From an uncultured Desulfarculus sp. (GTDB lineage: Bacteria > Desulfobacterota > Desulfarculia > Desulfarculales > Desulfarculaceae): 64,000 nt of DNA. The notes under the pieces were generated by a model. It was not told where the DNA came from. It ran no database searches and saw only the letters and a list, made by a program, of their open reading frames with translations. Shown one piece after another: positions 20,503 through 30,407 of this stretch (position 1 is the first letter of the stretch; every line of letters begins with the position of its first letter). A program made the translations under genes and the position numbers. Location: assembly GCA_963665125.2 (NCBI GenBank), contig CAXXUK010000002.1, positions 1,240,131 through 1,304,130 on the forward strand, written 5' to 3'.

Positions 20503-21471
20503 ATGGTAAGCGCCGCTTTGGCGGTTGTGGCTGGGCTGGCCGTACTTGTCTGGAGCGCCGACCGTTTCGTGGAGGGCTCGGCCTCGGCTGCGCGCCACTT
20601 TGGGGTGCCGCCCCTGCTTATTGGAATGATCATCGTCGGCTTTGGCACCTCCGCACCAGAAATGGTCGTCTCAGCCTTAGCCACGTCTCAGGGAAATCCA
20701 GGAATAGCGTTAGGCAATGCATACGGCTCCAACATAACCAATATAGCTTTGATTCTCGGGTTGACCGCTCTGATCAGCCCCATTGCCGTGCATTCGCAGG
20801 TGTTGCGCAAAGAGTTGCCGATTCTCACCGGCGTGACGGTCATAGCCGCTTACCAGCTATGGGACGGCGCGATAACCCGGTGGGATGCTTGGGTTCTGTT
20901 GGGTTCTTTTGTCGGTCTCATGGCTTGGACTATCTGGCAGGGCTTAAAAAAGAGGCCCGACGCGCTGGGAGGAGAAGTGAACCAAAAACTGGCTGAGCGC
21001 GGCATGTCGCTGCGGCGGTCACTTTTTTGGCTCACCCTGGGGCTGCTGTTGCTCATCGGTAGTTCCCGTGTACTGGTCTGGGGTGCGGTGGAAATAGCCA
21101 AAGGACTCGGCGTTAGCGATCTGATCATCGGCCTGACCATCGTAGCCCTTGGCACCTCATTGCCGGAACTGGCTTCGTCTGTGATCGCCGCGCGCAAGCA
21201 AGAACACGATATTGCCTTGGGTAACGTTCTGGGCTCAAACCTGTTCAACACGCTAGCTGTGGTTGGCATCGCCGGTGCCATTCATCCTATGAGGGTGGAG
21301 CCGGAGGTCTTCAGCCGGGATGCAATGGTTATGCTGGGGCTTACTTTATCGCTGTTCCTGATCGGATACGGCTTTGGTGGGAGACCGGGACGCATCAACC
21401 GATACGAAGGTGGTGCATTGCTGTTCTGCTATATGGCCTACGCGGTTTATTTGGTATACGGTGCACTGTAA
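20503..21471 (+). CDS. Ca2+/Na+ antiporter (YrbG-like)
   Basis: GTSAPE/GSNITN and GTSLPE/GSNLFN alpha repeats. Confidence 0.93.
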   Translation: MVSAALAVVAGLAVLVWSADRFVEGSASAARHFGVPPLLIGMIIVGFGTSAPEMVVSALATSQGNPGIALGNAYGSNITNIALILGLTALISPIAVHSQVLRKELPILTGVTVIAAYQLWDGAITRWDAWVLLGSFVGLMAWTIWQGLKKRPDALGGEVNQKLAERGMSLRRSLFWLTLGLLLLIGSSRVLVWGAVEIAKGLGVSDLIIGLTIVALGTSLPELASSVIAARKQEHDIALGNVLGSNLFNTLAVVGIAGAIHPMRVEPEVFSRDAMVMLGLTLSLFLIGYGFGGRPGRINRYEGGALLFCYMAYAVYLVYGAL

Positions 21472-21544
21472 TTAAAGCGGTTCAGCTACATCCCTCGGCC
21501 TAAATGATTTCAATGATTTAGGGCTCATCTCGGGTCCCTAACTT

Positions 21545-21727
21545 TTATCCCATCTGTATATGTTCTGAACTTTTCTCGTTTTTTTGTTCAGCCAACAAGT
21601 CGTTGATTCGCTCCATGGCCTGTTTGGCATCCTGCTGGTCTACCGTGTTGTAACGGTTGAACATGGCCAAAGTTTTGTGGCCTGTGAGCTTCATGATCAC
21701 CGTCTGGTCCACACCTGCCTTGCGCAT
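21545..21727 (-). pseudogene. Tyrosine integrase C-terminal remnant
   Basis: MRKAGV..VIMKLTGHKT..MFNRY (catalytic H and Y), N-terminus missing. Confidence 0.85.
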
Positions 21728-21826
21728 GTTGGTGTTAACCTGCGATATGCCGCGTCCTTGCCGCCAAGTTGAAACGCGACCCGCGAGATTGCCGACTGAT
21801 TACGTGGTCGCGTTGTAAATCGCATT

Positions 21827-22102
21827 CTATTTCTTGATAAACATCCTGACTTGGGTACCACCGTTTACCCAAACGCTATCCACTTGGTAGCCGGCCTGAA
21901 AAATACAGTCAGGCACGGCGTAGACCAATTTTACCTTTTCATCTCCCCACTCACCTCGGTAACCTATGACACGCAAATCGTTACGCATGCAAGCGTTAAC
22001 CGCCATGGCCTCAGGGGACCAAAACAGAATTCCGGCCAACAACGCGGCTGCAGCAAAACCGGCGGCAAAGCAAGCCGCACCCTTGATCCATGATCCACGC
22101 AT
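21827..22102 (-). CDS. Small secreted two-Cys protein (paralog of 10415-10693)
   Basis: Signal peptide ending AMA; RBS aggag. Confidence 0.75.
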   Translation of the reverse strand: MRGSWIKGAACFAAGFAAAALLAGILFWSPEAMAVNACMRNDLRVIGYRGEWGDEKVKLVYAVPDCIFQAGYQVDSVWVNGGTQVRMFIKK

Positions 22103-22645
22103 GATGTACTCCTTCCCTGACTCTACAGAGCATCAGCTTGTTCCACTTATCCAGTTTCACGGTAACGAGGGACGGCCTGTGTTAACCCAAAATTATGTGG
22201 CAGTAGCCGTGTTTCCTCTTTTATCAGGTTTGATCCGGTCCTCTGCCGCTTCTATGGCCAAAGGAGCATCCATTTTTAATGCCCCGAGGCAGCAAATCAG
22301 CTCTGCCTTCTCCCCGTTGCTTCGAAAATTGGGTGGATATCTCGATCCCCCATTTTTAGTGCATAGTATCCCAATAGAAATCTCCCGGTCAACTACCCAC
22401 TAGCTGCAAATCAGCCAGTGCCCAGCGCCGCCCGGTAGTGGTGCGCAAGAGGGAATGAAGACGCCACATGCACCCACTAGTAGCGGCCACTGTAGGTGAT
22501 CCGTGACGCTGCCTTGATGATCCAGCGGATCAGCCATTCCATGACCCGCGTGACGTCCTCGCCCTGAAAATGAAACTCCCTGATCATTTCAGGGGCCAAT
22601 CTTGAGCCGGGCCTGGTTGGCCTCAAATCTATGGCAGCTGGTCGT

Positions 22646-23000
22646 TTAGTCTGGAACGCTTACTGCGATCCGTTGTCCCAAACCACCACTCAGACCTTCG
22701 GCAAGCGCTCTGGCGTCATGGCGGTCACTCTTTTTTTTTGCTGTCCGCGATCATCTTGAACAGGCGGGCATCAACCACAACGGGCTCAATGCCGACCTCA
22801 CGAAGAACATCAACCGCCCACCAAGTCATACATTCAGTCTCAAGGGCTACTTCTACATCACCAGAAAGCCAATCTTGCACTGCTCCGAGCCAGCCTGCTT
22901 CATCGCTGGGAACTGTAGTACGGCGATTCACTTTGCCCTCTTCGTCGATGGCGCAATAGGTGGTGGTCTTCTTGTATGCGTCCATGCCAACATAACTCAT
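22646..23000 (-). pseudogene. IS110-family transposase remnant
   Basis: YVGMD, VALET, then KSDRHDARALA after an extra A in the T-run at 22731-22739; stop soon after. Confidence 0.8.
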
Positions 23001-23144
23001 GGTCTTCCCTCCGGTTTATGGTCTTTTGCTTTCCTGGACCATTATCCCAAACTGGGGGGAGGACCACACTCATCACATCTTATTCGTGTGTCCGTCAAAA
23101 CTGGGCTGGATCATAATCCGGGATGGCGTTGTCCCTAGACCTTT

Positions 23145-25808
23145 TTAATCGCGCTCCAACACCTCACGTACCTTTGCCGCCAGGCTTTTCACGGAAAAGG
23201 GTTTCTGGATGAACTGAACACCTTGGTCCAAAACACCACGGTGGGCTATTACATTGTCGGTGTAGCCGGACATGTAGAGCGCCTTCATCTCAGGATGCAG
23301 TTGAGATGCCTTTTCGTAGAGTACCCGCCCGTTCATGCCGGGCATGACCACATCGGTGAGCAGCAAGTGCACCGGGCCGTTGTGCGCCGCGAGTGATTTC
23401 AAGGCCTCGTCGCCGTTCACGGCCATGAGAACCGTGTATCCCTGGCGTTTGAGTATGGCGTAGGCCAATTCACGAACCTGCTTATTGTCCTCAACGAGCA
23501 ATATCGTTTCGTCGCCTTTCAGATCAGCGGACTGTTTCTTATTTGGTTGGCCTTCCAACACCATCTTTTCCGCGATGGGCAGGTAGATTTTAAAGGTCGT
23601 ACCCTTGCCTGGTTCGGAGTACAACCAGATGTTGCCTCCGTGCTGTTTGGCGATGCCAAAAACGGTGGCCAATCCCAGACCAGTGCCTTGCTTCCCCTTG
23701 GTGGAAAAAAAGGGTTCGAAAATCTTATTGCTGGTTTCCTCGTCCATGCCGCAGCCCGTGTCGCTGACAGCCATCATTGTGTAAGTACCTGGCTGCACGT
23801 CCGGCCGAGTGGCAGCGTAGGCTTCGTCCAACTCCACTGAGGTGGTTTCAATAGTCAGGCTTCCTCCATTCGGCATGGCGTCGGCGGCGTTGACGGCCAA
23901 ATTCATGAGGATTTGTTCAATCTGACCAACGTCGGCCATTACTGGCAGAGTATCCGGCGTGAGGATGGTCTCCAAGCGAATGTCTTCCGGAATCGTGCGC
24001 CGTAATAATTTTTCAAATTCCCGGATGGCCGTATTGATGTCCACCGCTTTGAAATCCAGAACCTGCTTTCGGGAAAAAGCCAGAAGCTGGCGCACTATAT
24101 CCCGGGCACGCATACCGGCGCGCATAATCTGGTGAACATCTTCCCGGCGCGCGTCTCCGGGGGGCAGGTCGTCCAACAATATTTCCCCGTATCCGAGAAT
24201 TGGAGAAAGAAGGTTGTTCAGGTCGTGGGCCACGCCACCGGCCAGCCGCCCAATGGCTTCCACCTTCTGGGCCTGACGCATCTGCTCGCGTAGGTTGACC
24301 TCTTCAGTAATGTCTCGTGACACACCGCAAAGCCCAACTACATTTCCAGCGCTGTCAAAGACCGGCGCTTTACTGGTGTCAATGATGCGCTTTTCACCGC
24401 CTAACGTGCGTGTGAAGGAGCTATGACTGGCATGACCCTCCAACACTCGCCGGTCAACCGCCGCGATTTCCTTGGCGTCGTCCTCCTGAAAAAAGTCAGC
24501 GTCGGTATGGCCAATGATCTCCTTGAGGCCGATGCCAAATAGTCGTTCCATGGCGGCATTGCAATGGGTGTAACGCAGATCGGCGTCCTTGAGATAGATG
24601 ATATCTTGAGAGGAGTCGAAAATGGCCCGCAATCGTTCCTCTTGTTCGCGCAGGGCCTGCTCTGCTTGCTTGCGTTCAGTTATGTCGAGGATGATCCCGT
24701 GCCAAAGAGTGCCGCCATCCTCCGTTCGTTCGGGATGTGCTTGAGACCAACGCCAGCCAAGACCTTTTTCGGGTAGAATCACCCTGAGCTCACATTGAAA
24801 CGTGTTCAGTGTGCGCGCCGACTCGAAAATGGCTTCGGCCACCCGGTCATGGTCTTCAGGATGAATACGTCCGAAAACAACAGAGGCATCTTCACGAACT
24901 TCCTCCGGTGTCACTTCATATATATCGTACATGCCGGGGCTAGAATACGGAAAGGCCGAACGTCCGTCAGGGTATAGCCTGTATTGGTAAATAACGCCGG
25001 GGACAAGACGGGCGAGATTATTGAGCAAGTCGAACCCTTCTTGTCGGAGTTCCTCGGTCCGCTTGCGCTCGGTGATGTCGCGGGCAGAGGCGAAAAGAAG
25101 CGTCTGGTCCACCGCCGGTGTGGCCCGCCACTCCAGCCATTTATAAGAGCCATCCTTGCAGCGGTAGCGGTTGACAAAGTCGATCGTTTCCCCGCCGCCC
25201 AACTGGCGCTCCACCTCTGCCATGGTGGACGCCCGGTCGTCAGGATGGACGAAATCCAGCAGCGGAGCGGACAGCAACTCTTCCTCGTTAAAGCCTAGGG
25301 TTGTCCGCCAAGCTGGATTGAGTTTTAGGAAATACCCGCTGATTGAGGCGATACAAGCTAAGTCGGGGGTCAAGTCAAAGAATCTTTTAAAGTCCTCCTC
25401 GGCCCGCTTGCGCTCTATGATGTCGAAAAAGGAGATGACTACTCCATCAGGCAGTTCCTGGCCGTGACTGAATATGGGGATGGTGTTGATGGACAGCCAG
25501 ATGATGGGACGGTCGGGCTTGGCTATGCCACGTATCTGATCACTAAGCGCCTGACCGGTGCGCAGGGTGATCATGGAAGGGTGTTCAGGGCCGGGGCAGG
25601 GTAAACCGTCTTCGTGGATTAGATGCCAATCAGGCTCCAGGGAGGTGCGGCCCAGAGCTTGTTCCGCGTCAACTCCGAAAATACGTTGTGCGGTCTGGTT
25701 GAAAAACCTGATCTTGCCATCGGCCTCTTGGTAAATGACTCCTTCGCTGATGGCACCCAGTATCTCCTCTAGTCTCTCCGGCGCAAGGTTGTACGTCACA
25801 ATAACCAC
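23145..25808 (-). CDS. Multi-PAS hybrid histidine kinase
   Basis: Four PAS/PAC units, GGVAHDLNN, GTGLGL, REC. Confidence 0.93.
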   Translation of the reverse strand: MVIVTYNLAPERLEEILGAISEGVIYQEADGKIRFFNQTAQRIFGVDAEQALGRTSLEPDWHLIHEDGLPCPGPEHPSMITLRTGQALSDQIRGIAKPDRPIIWLSINTIPIFSHGQELPDGVVISFFDIIERKRAEEDFKRFFDLTPDLACIASISGYFLKLNPAWRTTLGFNEEELLSAPLLDFVHPDDRASTMAEVERQLGGGETIDFVNRYRCKDGSYKWLEWRATPAVDQTLLFASARDITERKRTEELRQEGFDLLNNLARLVPGVIYQYRLYPDGRSAFPYSSPGMYDIYEVTPEEVREDASVVFGRIHPEDHDRVAEAIFESARTLNTFQCELRVILPEKGLGWRWSQAHPERTEDGGTLWHGIILDITERKQAEQALREQEERLRAIFDSSQDIIYLKDADLRYTHCNAAMERLFGIGLKEIIGHTDADFFQEDDAKEIAAVDRRVLEGHASHSSFTRTLGGEKRIIDTSKAPVFDSAGNVVGLCGVSRDITEEVNLREQMRQAQKVEAIGRLAGGVAHDLNNLLSPILGYGEILLDDLPPGDARREDVHQIMRAGMRARDIVRQLLAFSRKQVLDFKAVDINTAIREFEKLLRRTIPEDIRLETILTPDTLPVMADVGQIEQILMNLAVNAADAMPNGGSLTIETTSVELDEAYAATRPDVQPGTYTMMAVSDTGCGMDEETSNKIFEPFFSTKGKQGTGLGLATVFGIAKQHGGNIWLYSEPGKGTTFKIYLPIAEKMVLEGQPNKKQSADLKGDETILLVEDNKQVRELAYAILKRQGYTVLMAVNGDEALKSLAAHNGPVHLLLTDVVMPGMNGRVLYEKASQLHPEMKALYMSGYTDNVIAHRGVLDQGVQFIQKPFSVKSLAAKVREVLERD

Positions 25809-26103
25809 CAGATAGGCTGTTTAAGATATAGGAGGTCCCGATCCACTCGATTTATTTGGGCTAACGCGTTGCACTTTTGGGTTGCGATACTGGATTTCCG
25901 GGTAGGTAAAAGTGCCGAGTTCCTCCCCAGGCGAACAAGCTCGGCATCCTCAGCCAGTGCCGCCAAGCCCTACTGACTACATCATTTGAATATTTTATTA
26001 CATTCCCCGTAACGGCGTAAAGCTAGGCCCAAGACTTGCCTGATTCAACCCAAAAATGTTTGGTATATCTTGTGCTGGAAACAATTGTGTAGCGCATGAA
26101 ATG

Positions 26104-26736
26104 CTAGTCTGCCACCCAGTTGCCAGGCTCTTCCAATGCCTGATCGAGCCCTTCTTTGTCGTAGATGTGGATGGGGCGGAGCCGTTTTGTCTCCTCGTCA
26201 TCAATCTTGCGTAGCTTGGAGACAATACTCTTCCGGTTAAATAGCAAGCTCCAGAAGCCCATGTGCTCCATCTGGGCAAGAAGGCGCTCACGGCGCTTCT
26301 GATATTTCAATATCCTTTTTTCTTTTTTAAACTGCTCATCGCGCAATTCTTCCATCTTTTCATTGGCAGCTTCAGCCTTTGATAACAGATCGATAACAAA
26401 GGCCTCCCCGGTTTTAGGGGGCTTTGCCTCTGATGGGCTATTGGATGGACCAGGCCCGAAAGGTCCCTCATCGGACAGCTTGGACGTCTCGGATATGTGA
26501 AAGTATCCAAGCCTGGCCAATTCGTTTTTTATCTGGGGAAGGTCAAGACCGGCATCTTTCAGGCTGGCTATCTGTTTAAACAATTCGACCCCTTGACCAT
26601 CAAAATGCCAGCCCTTGCCATGGGCCTTTTGGGCGTGATCAATAAAGGCTTCGCCCAGGTATTTCATGGCCTTCCGCAGGTAGTCGTATTTGAGGCCGGT
26701 TTCCCCTTCGATTTGCTTGAGTGTGTATTGAAACAT
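26104..26736 (-). CDS. MerR-like HTH + coiled-coil protein (pSK1 Par/RacA-like, putative partition protein)
   Basis: YTLKQI..TG HTH, coiled coil, GFWSLLF motif; agRcaYcta-like repeats upstream (26749-26794). Confidence 0.5.
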   Translation of the reverse strand: MFQYTLKQIEGETGLKYDYLRKAMKYLGEAFIDHAQKAHGKGWHFDGQGVELFKQIASLKDAGLDLPQIKNELARLGYFHISETSKLSDEGPFGPGPSNSPSEAKPPKTGEAFVIDLLSKAEAANEKMEELRDEQFKKEKRILKYQKRRERLLAQMEHMGFWSLLFNRKSIVSKLRKIDDEETKRLRPIHIYDKEGLDQALEEPGNWVAD

Positions 26737-26842
26737 TGTTGGATAGGTTAGATGTCTTAGACACCTATGATATTCAGGGTATCCAAGGCATCTAAAGTAA
26801 AGCAAATATTGGTTTGGACGTCAATATTTCGGGTGCTGTAGC

Positions 26843-27865
26843 TCAGATCAAGCCCCGGTCGCGGAGGCGGAGGAGGTCGCTGACTGAATGGTCGCAGGCA
26901 TCGTTTGCCTCGGGTGGCATGAGGTTGGCCTGTGCGGCCGCCTGCCAGTCAAAAGGATATGCAGGCACTCCGGCCTGTTTCAAGGCCGCCACAGCTCTCT
27001 CAGTGGCCTCGAATCCGGCCGCGTCACGGTCGAACCAGATGACGACCCTGGGCAGACTCAGAGTACGGTGCAGACCGGCAAGTTTTCGAGCCTGTGCTTC
27101 GCTCACATTCGCGCCGAAGGTGGCCACTGAGGGTATGCCCGCCTCGTGCAGTTTGGCCGCATCAAAGCACCCCTCCACCACGATCAGGCCATGCTTGGAC
27201 ACGTCGGCTTTTACCTTGGTTTCGTCCAACAGATGGTGCCCATAAAGAAAGCAGGACTTGCTGAAGCCGCTGTACACGCGCCACTTGCCTTCGGACTCGG
27301 CTTGGCGCTGGTCCACGGCTCGGCCGATGTGTGAAACCACCCGGCCAGCCTGGTCCTTGATTTGAAAAACATGACGGCCCGACAGTTTGGCCCTGTGCGA
27401 GGAGGGCAGGTATCCAAAACCTAGATCACGCCTGGTGCGCTCGGAAATGCCCCGCCGGTCGTATTCCTCGTGCGGCTGGAGATAGGGCAGCAGGGAAGGC
27501 TGCTCGGACAAAGGTTCCTTGATAGCAAAGTGGGGCTCATACTTTCTCGGTGGTCTCGGCGTCTCGGTGCTCGCGTTGCAGAGGCCCAGCTCCAGCATCT
27601 CGCGGCCTGCCGTGTAGCAGTCGCAACAGCGTACTAGCTTGTAAAGCTCGATTGGACCGCCACCTTGCTGGGTAGAATGGCAATACCATCGTCCATCAGG
27701 CTGGATGTGCATGCTGGCAGTCTTGTCTCGGCTAAAGGGCGAATGCAGCCAAATCTCGCCGCTGGGCTTTTTCTCTCTGGCAACACGCAGGCCCAAGGCT
27801 TCGACCAAGGCTCTGACGTTGACGGTGTCTCGAATATCCGTGAGTTTGTCGGGTGTTATCTTCAT
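26843..27865 (-). CDS. DnaG-like primase (degenerate CHC2 zinc finger + TOPRIM)
   Basis: SPFSRDKTAS..WYCHS..GG; IVVEGCFDA; FDRDAAG. Confidence 0.8.
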   Translation of the reverse strand: MKITPDKLTDIRDTVNVRALVEALGLRVAREKKPSGEIWLHSPFSRDKTASMHIQPDGRWYCHSTQQGGGPIELYKLVRCCDCYTAGREMLELGLCNASTETPRPPRKYEPHFAIKEPLSEQPSLLPYLQPHEEYDRRGISERTRRDLGFGYLPSSHRAKLSGRHVFQIKDQAGRVVSHIGRAVDQRQAESEGKWRVYSGFSKSCFLYGHHLLDETKVKADVSKHGLIVVEGCFDAAKLHEAGIPSVATFGANVSEAQARKLAGLHRTLSLPRVVIWFDRDAAGFEATERAVAALKQAGVPAYPFDWQAAAQANLMPPEANDACDHSVSDLLRLRDRGLI

Positions 27866-28441
27866 GAAGAGATTAGTATTTTTCTTTCACCGCTAAAGCG
27901 GTGTTTTGCTCCCCTGCCCCTCAGCGGCCAAGCTTTGGCTGTTTTTAGGGGACCTCAAAAGGAGGCACTGGCTAAGGAGGCGCAGTCATGCTCCAGACCG
28001 GCCAAAACTTGACATTTTCGGCGTTATATTGTGGTTTCGGATGACTTTAATGAGCGGATTTGCGCGCGGTGACGTCGATTTTGCGGTGGCGGGATTGCTA
28101 GCCAATCGACGGCTCTGACGCGGCCGCCCCCTGGAAGTGATTGACTTTAGGAGTGCAACTCTGGCGAGTTACGGCCCGTGACCTTCCCGCGTGGCCCCGG
28201 CTCCCCTTACGCCCCTCGGCATTCGGGTAGTTTAAAACCCAATTAGCTGAGTGGGATTTTAGTGGAATAACACGCGAGCCATATAGGCGTTACGTTATCC
28301 CACCCAACTAGTTGGGTTCTGGAGATAAAACTCGCGAATTGTTATTCCGCACACATTATAGGTGATGGGCGAAACCCGTCAAGTCATTGACTTAATTTCA
28401 GCTTGACCGATTTGGTGTTTTGTTGTCTGACGGGTATTGGA

Positions 28442-28762
28442 TCAGAGAATATCCCTGACAAACAAGCCAAGTTTCCTGATCTTATCGTGGTCGTTTTCCT
28501 TGATTACAGTGTCGATATCGGCCAGCAACTCATTTACCTCGTCGGACTGGCTCATAGGCAAGATGAAAAGGTCGGCCAACTCCATACCAAGAGCGCTGAC
28601 GATCTTTTCCAGGGTGACAAGGGTGATGTTGGTGTGCCCGCCTTCGATGCGCTGATAATACTTGTAATTCAGCCCAAACGCCTCCATATCCTCTTGCCGC
28701 AGGCCTTTGCTCTTGCGGATTTCTCTTAGACGCTTTCCAATTTCCTTGGGCAGATCGCTCAT
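28442..28762 (-). CDS. XRE-family HTH regulator
   Basis: IGKRLREIRKSKGLRQED..YYQRIEGG..NITL. Confidence 0.88.
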   Translation of the reverse strand: MSDLPKEIGKRLREIRKSKGLRQEDMEAFGLNYKYYQRIEGGHTNITLVTLEKIVSALGMELADLFILPMSQSDEVNELLADIDTVIKENDHDKIRKLGLFVRDIL

Positions 28763-29022
28763 TGTGGGCACCTCCATCCCACCTCTAGCACTCTGTTTGC
28801 ACCCAAAGAACCCTGCAATAAGTAGATTTTGCCTTGACAAAACTTGATATATATAGATATATGATGCTGTATACCGCTATTTGAGTGGGTAATAAATTTG
28901 ACAAGGCAATTTGTATCTGCTTGAATTGTCACGCTATATCAGCATGTTAAATACTCTGAAGCCAAACCAAAAAAACAAACATCACGTATCAGCCAGCCGT
29001 AAAGACACACGGAGGGAAGAAG

Positions 29023-29334
29023 ATGGAAATCGTTTACGAAGACGGCAAGGAAGTGCTCAAGTCTGAAAACGCATTCGAGTGGTTCTTTATCGGGAAAAAG
29101 ACCTCGCGCGGGTCGGCTTTCTGGCAATACGCGCTTGCAGCGCTTTTCATTCTATGGGCTGTGTATGCCATTTACGTTCCGTACTACCAGGAACATAGGT
29201 CCTCTGCCTACAATCCAATTGGCTACCAGCTTAGAAATGCCGTTCCCCAAAACCACTCTGAAGGGGCATTGGCCTCCTTGCTTGGCCGGGACTACAACCG
29301 CCATAAGATCAGAAACAACATTTTGGGCCGATAA
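29023..29334 (+). CDS. Small single-pass membrane protein
   Basis: One TM segment; RBS ggagg; terminator follows. Confidence 0.6.
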   Translation: MEIVYEDGKEVLKSENAFEWFFIGKKTSRGSAFWQYALAALFILWAVYAIYVPYYQEHRSSAYNPIGYQLRNAVPQNHSEGALASLLGRDYNRHKIRNNILGR

Positions 29335-29360
29335 AATGCGGCTGTCCAAAACCCACCTTG

Positions 29361-29390
29361 GCCCCGGTCTCAGCACCGGGGCTTTTCTTT
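29361..29390 (+). terminator. Rho-independent terminator
   Basis: gccccggt..accggggc + ttttcttt. Confidence 0.7.
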
Positions 29391-29441
29391 GGCTCCAAAA
29401 TATTAAATAGTCTATAATATTAACAAAATAACCTAAAAGCC

Positions 29442-30392
29442 GTGTCTCTTCCCCGCAAAATTGCATTCCTCATCCTCACAGCCCTGGTTTGCGTACTGGT
29501 ACCCGGCCATGCGCTGGCTGACGATTCGCGCCTGGAAACGGCGGCCGACGCCCTGGAAGCCCAGTACGACGAGGTCGAGGCGCGCAAGGCCGACTTGGTC
29601 ACCAAGATGCAGGCCGAGGATCAAATCGAATATCGGCAGGAAAAGGCGAAAGTCAATCAGGACTGGATCAACGATGTCCTCAAACATGACGAGAGATCAA
29701 AGATCCTTCCAGGCACTCTACAAAATTCGCAAACGGGTATCCTGAGCGCCAGCGATCAACAGACCCTGCGCCGCAACATCCAAAACTACTGGCATAACCC
29801 CGAAAGCGAGCTGTATTCGCCCAGCCACCCGATGTACCGCGCCGCCACCTTGATGGAAAAGGCGGTTTTCGGCGATGGCCTCACCAGCGTCGAGACCGAG
29901 GAATTGGAGGGGTTGGGCGAGATGATCGGGCAGGAAATAGAGGACCTGGAGCGGCGGCAAAAGGAGGCTGCGGTGGCCATCAGCGCCGCTCAAGCCGCCT
30001 TGAACGAAAGCACCTTCGAACTGGAACAGGTCAAATCCACGGGCATCGATATTTTCGAATTCATGGTGCCGGTGGGCGAAACGGACAAAATCGTCTACAA
30101 CCGCCGCAACTCAAACGAATTGCTGCAAAAATCCATCATTCTTTACTATGACTATCTCAAGGTGATCATCACCACCCTGGTTTCATTGATGATCGTCTGG
30201 GGCGGCTTAGAATGGGCGTCCTCGGGCGGCAACCCCGAGCGTGTCAAATCCGGCCGAAACAAGATCGTCAACGCCTTGGCCTCGCTTGCGCTTTTCATTG
30301 TTCTGGGCCTGATCCTGCAAACCATCAACCCCGACTTCTTCGGCGATCCACCAGATAACACCCAGCAGGAGACTGGTGGCAGCTCTCAATAA
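29442..30392 (+). CDS. Secreted coiled-coil protein with C-terminal TrbC/VirB2-like (CPR-type) pilin domain
   Basis: Signal peptide; MIVWGGLEWASSGGNPERVKSGRNKIVNAL..LILQTINP two-TM pilin pattern. Confidence 0.75.
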   Translation: MSLPRKIAFLILTALVCVLVPGHALADDSRLETAADALEAQYDEVEARKADLVTKMQAEDQIEYRQEKAKVNQDWINDVLKHDERSKILPGTLQNSQTGILSASDQQTLRRNIQNYWHNPESELYSPSHPMYRAATLMEKAVFGDGLTSVETEELEGLGEMIGQEIEDLERRQKEAAVAISAAQAALNESTFELEQVKSTGIDIFEFMVPVGETDKIVYNRRNSNELLQKSIILYYDYLKVIITTLVSLMIVWGGLEWASSGGNPERVKSGRNKIVNALASLALFIVLGLILQTINPDFFGDPPDNTQQETGGSSQ

Positions 30393-30407
30393 TTCTTTTT
30401 CCTTCAA

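Noticed and set aside
28925..28952. dif/Xer site (atgttaaat)
   Set aside because: Only a partial XerD arm; no XerC arm at the right spacing
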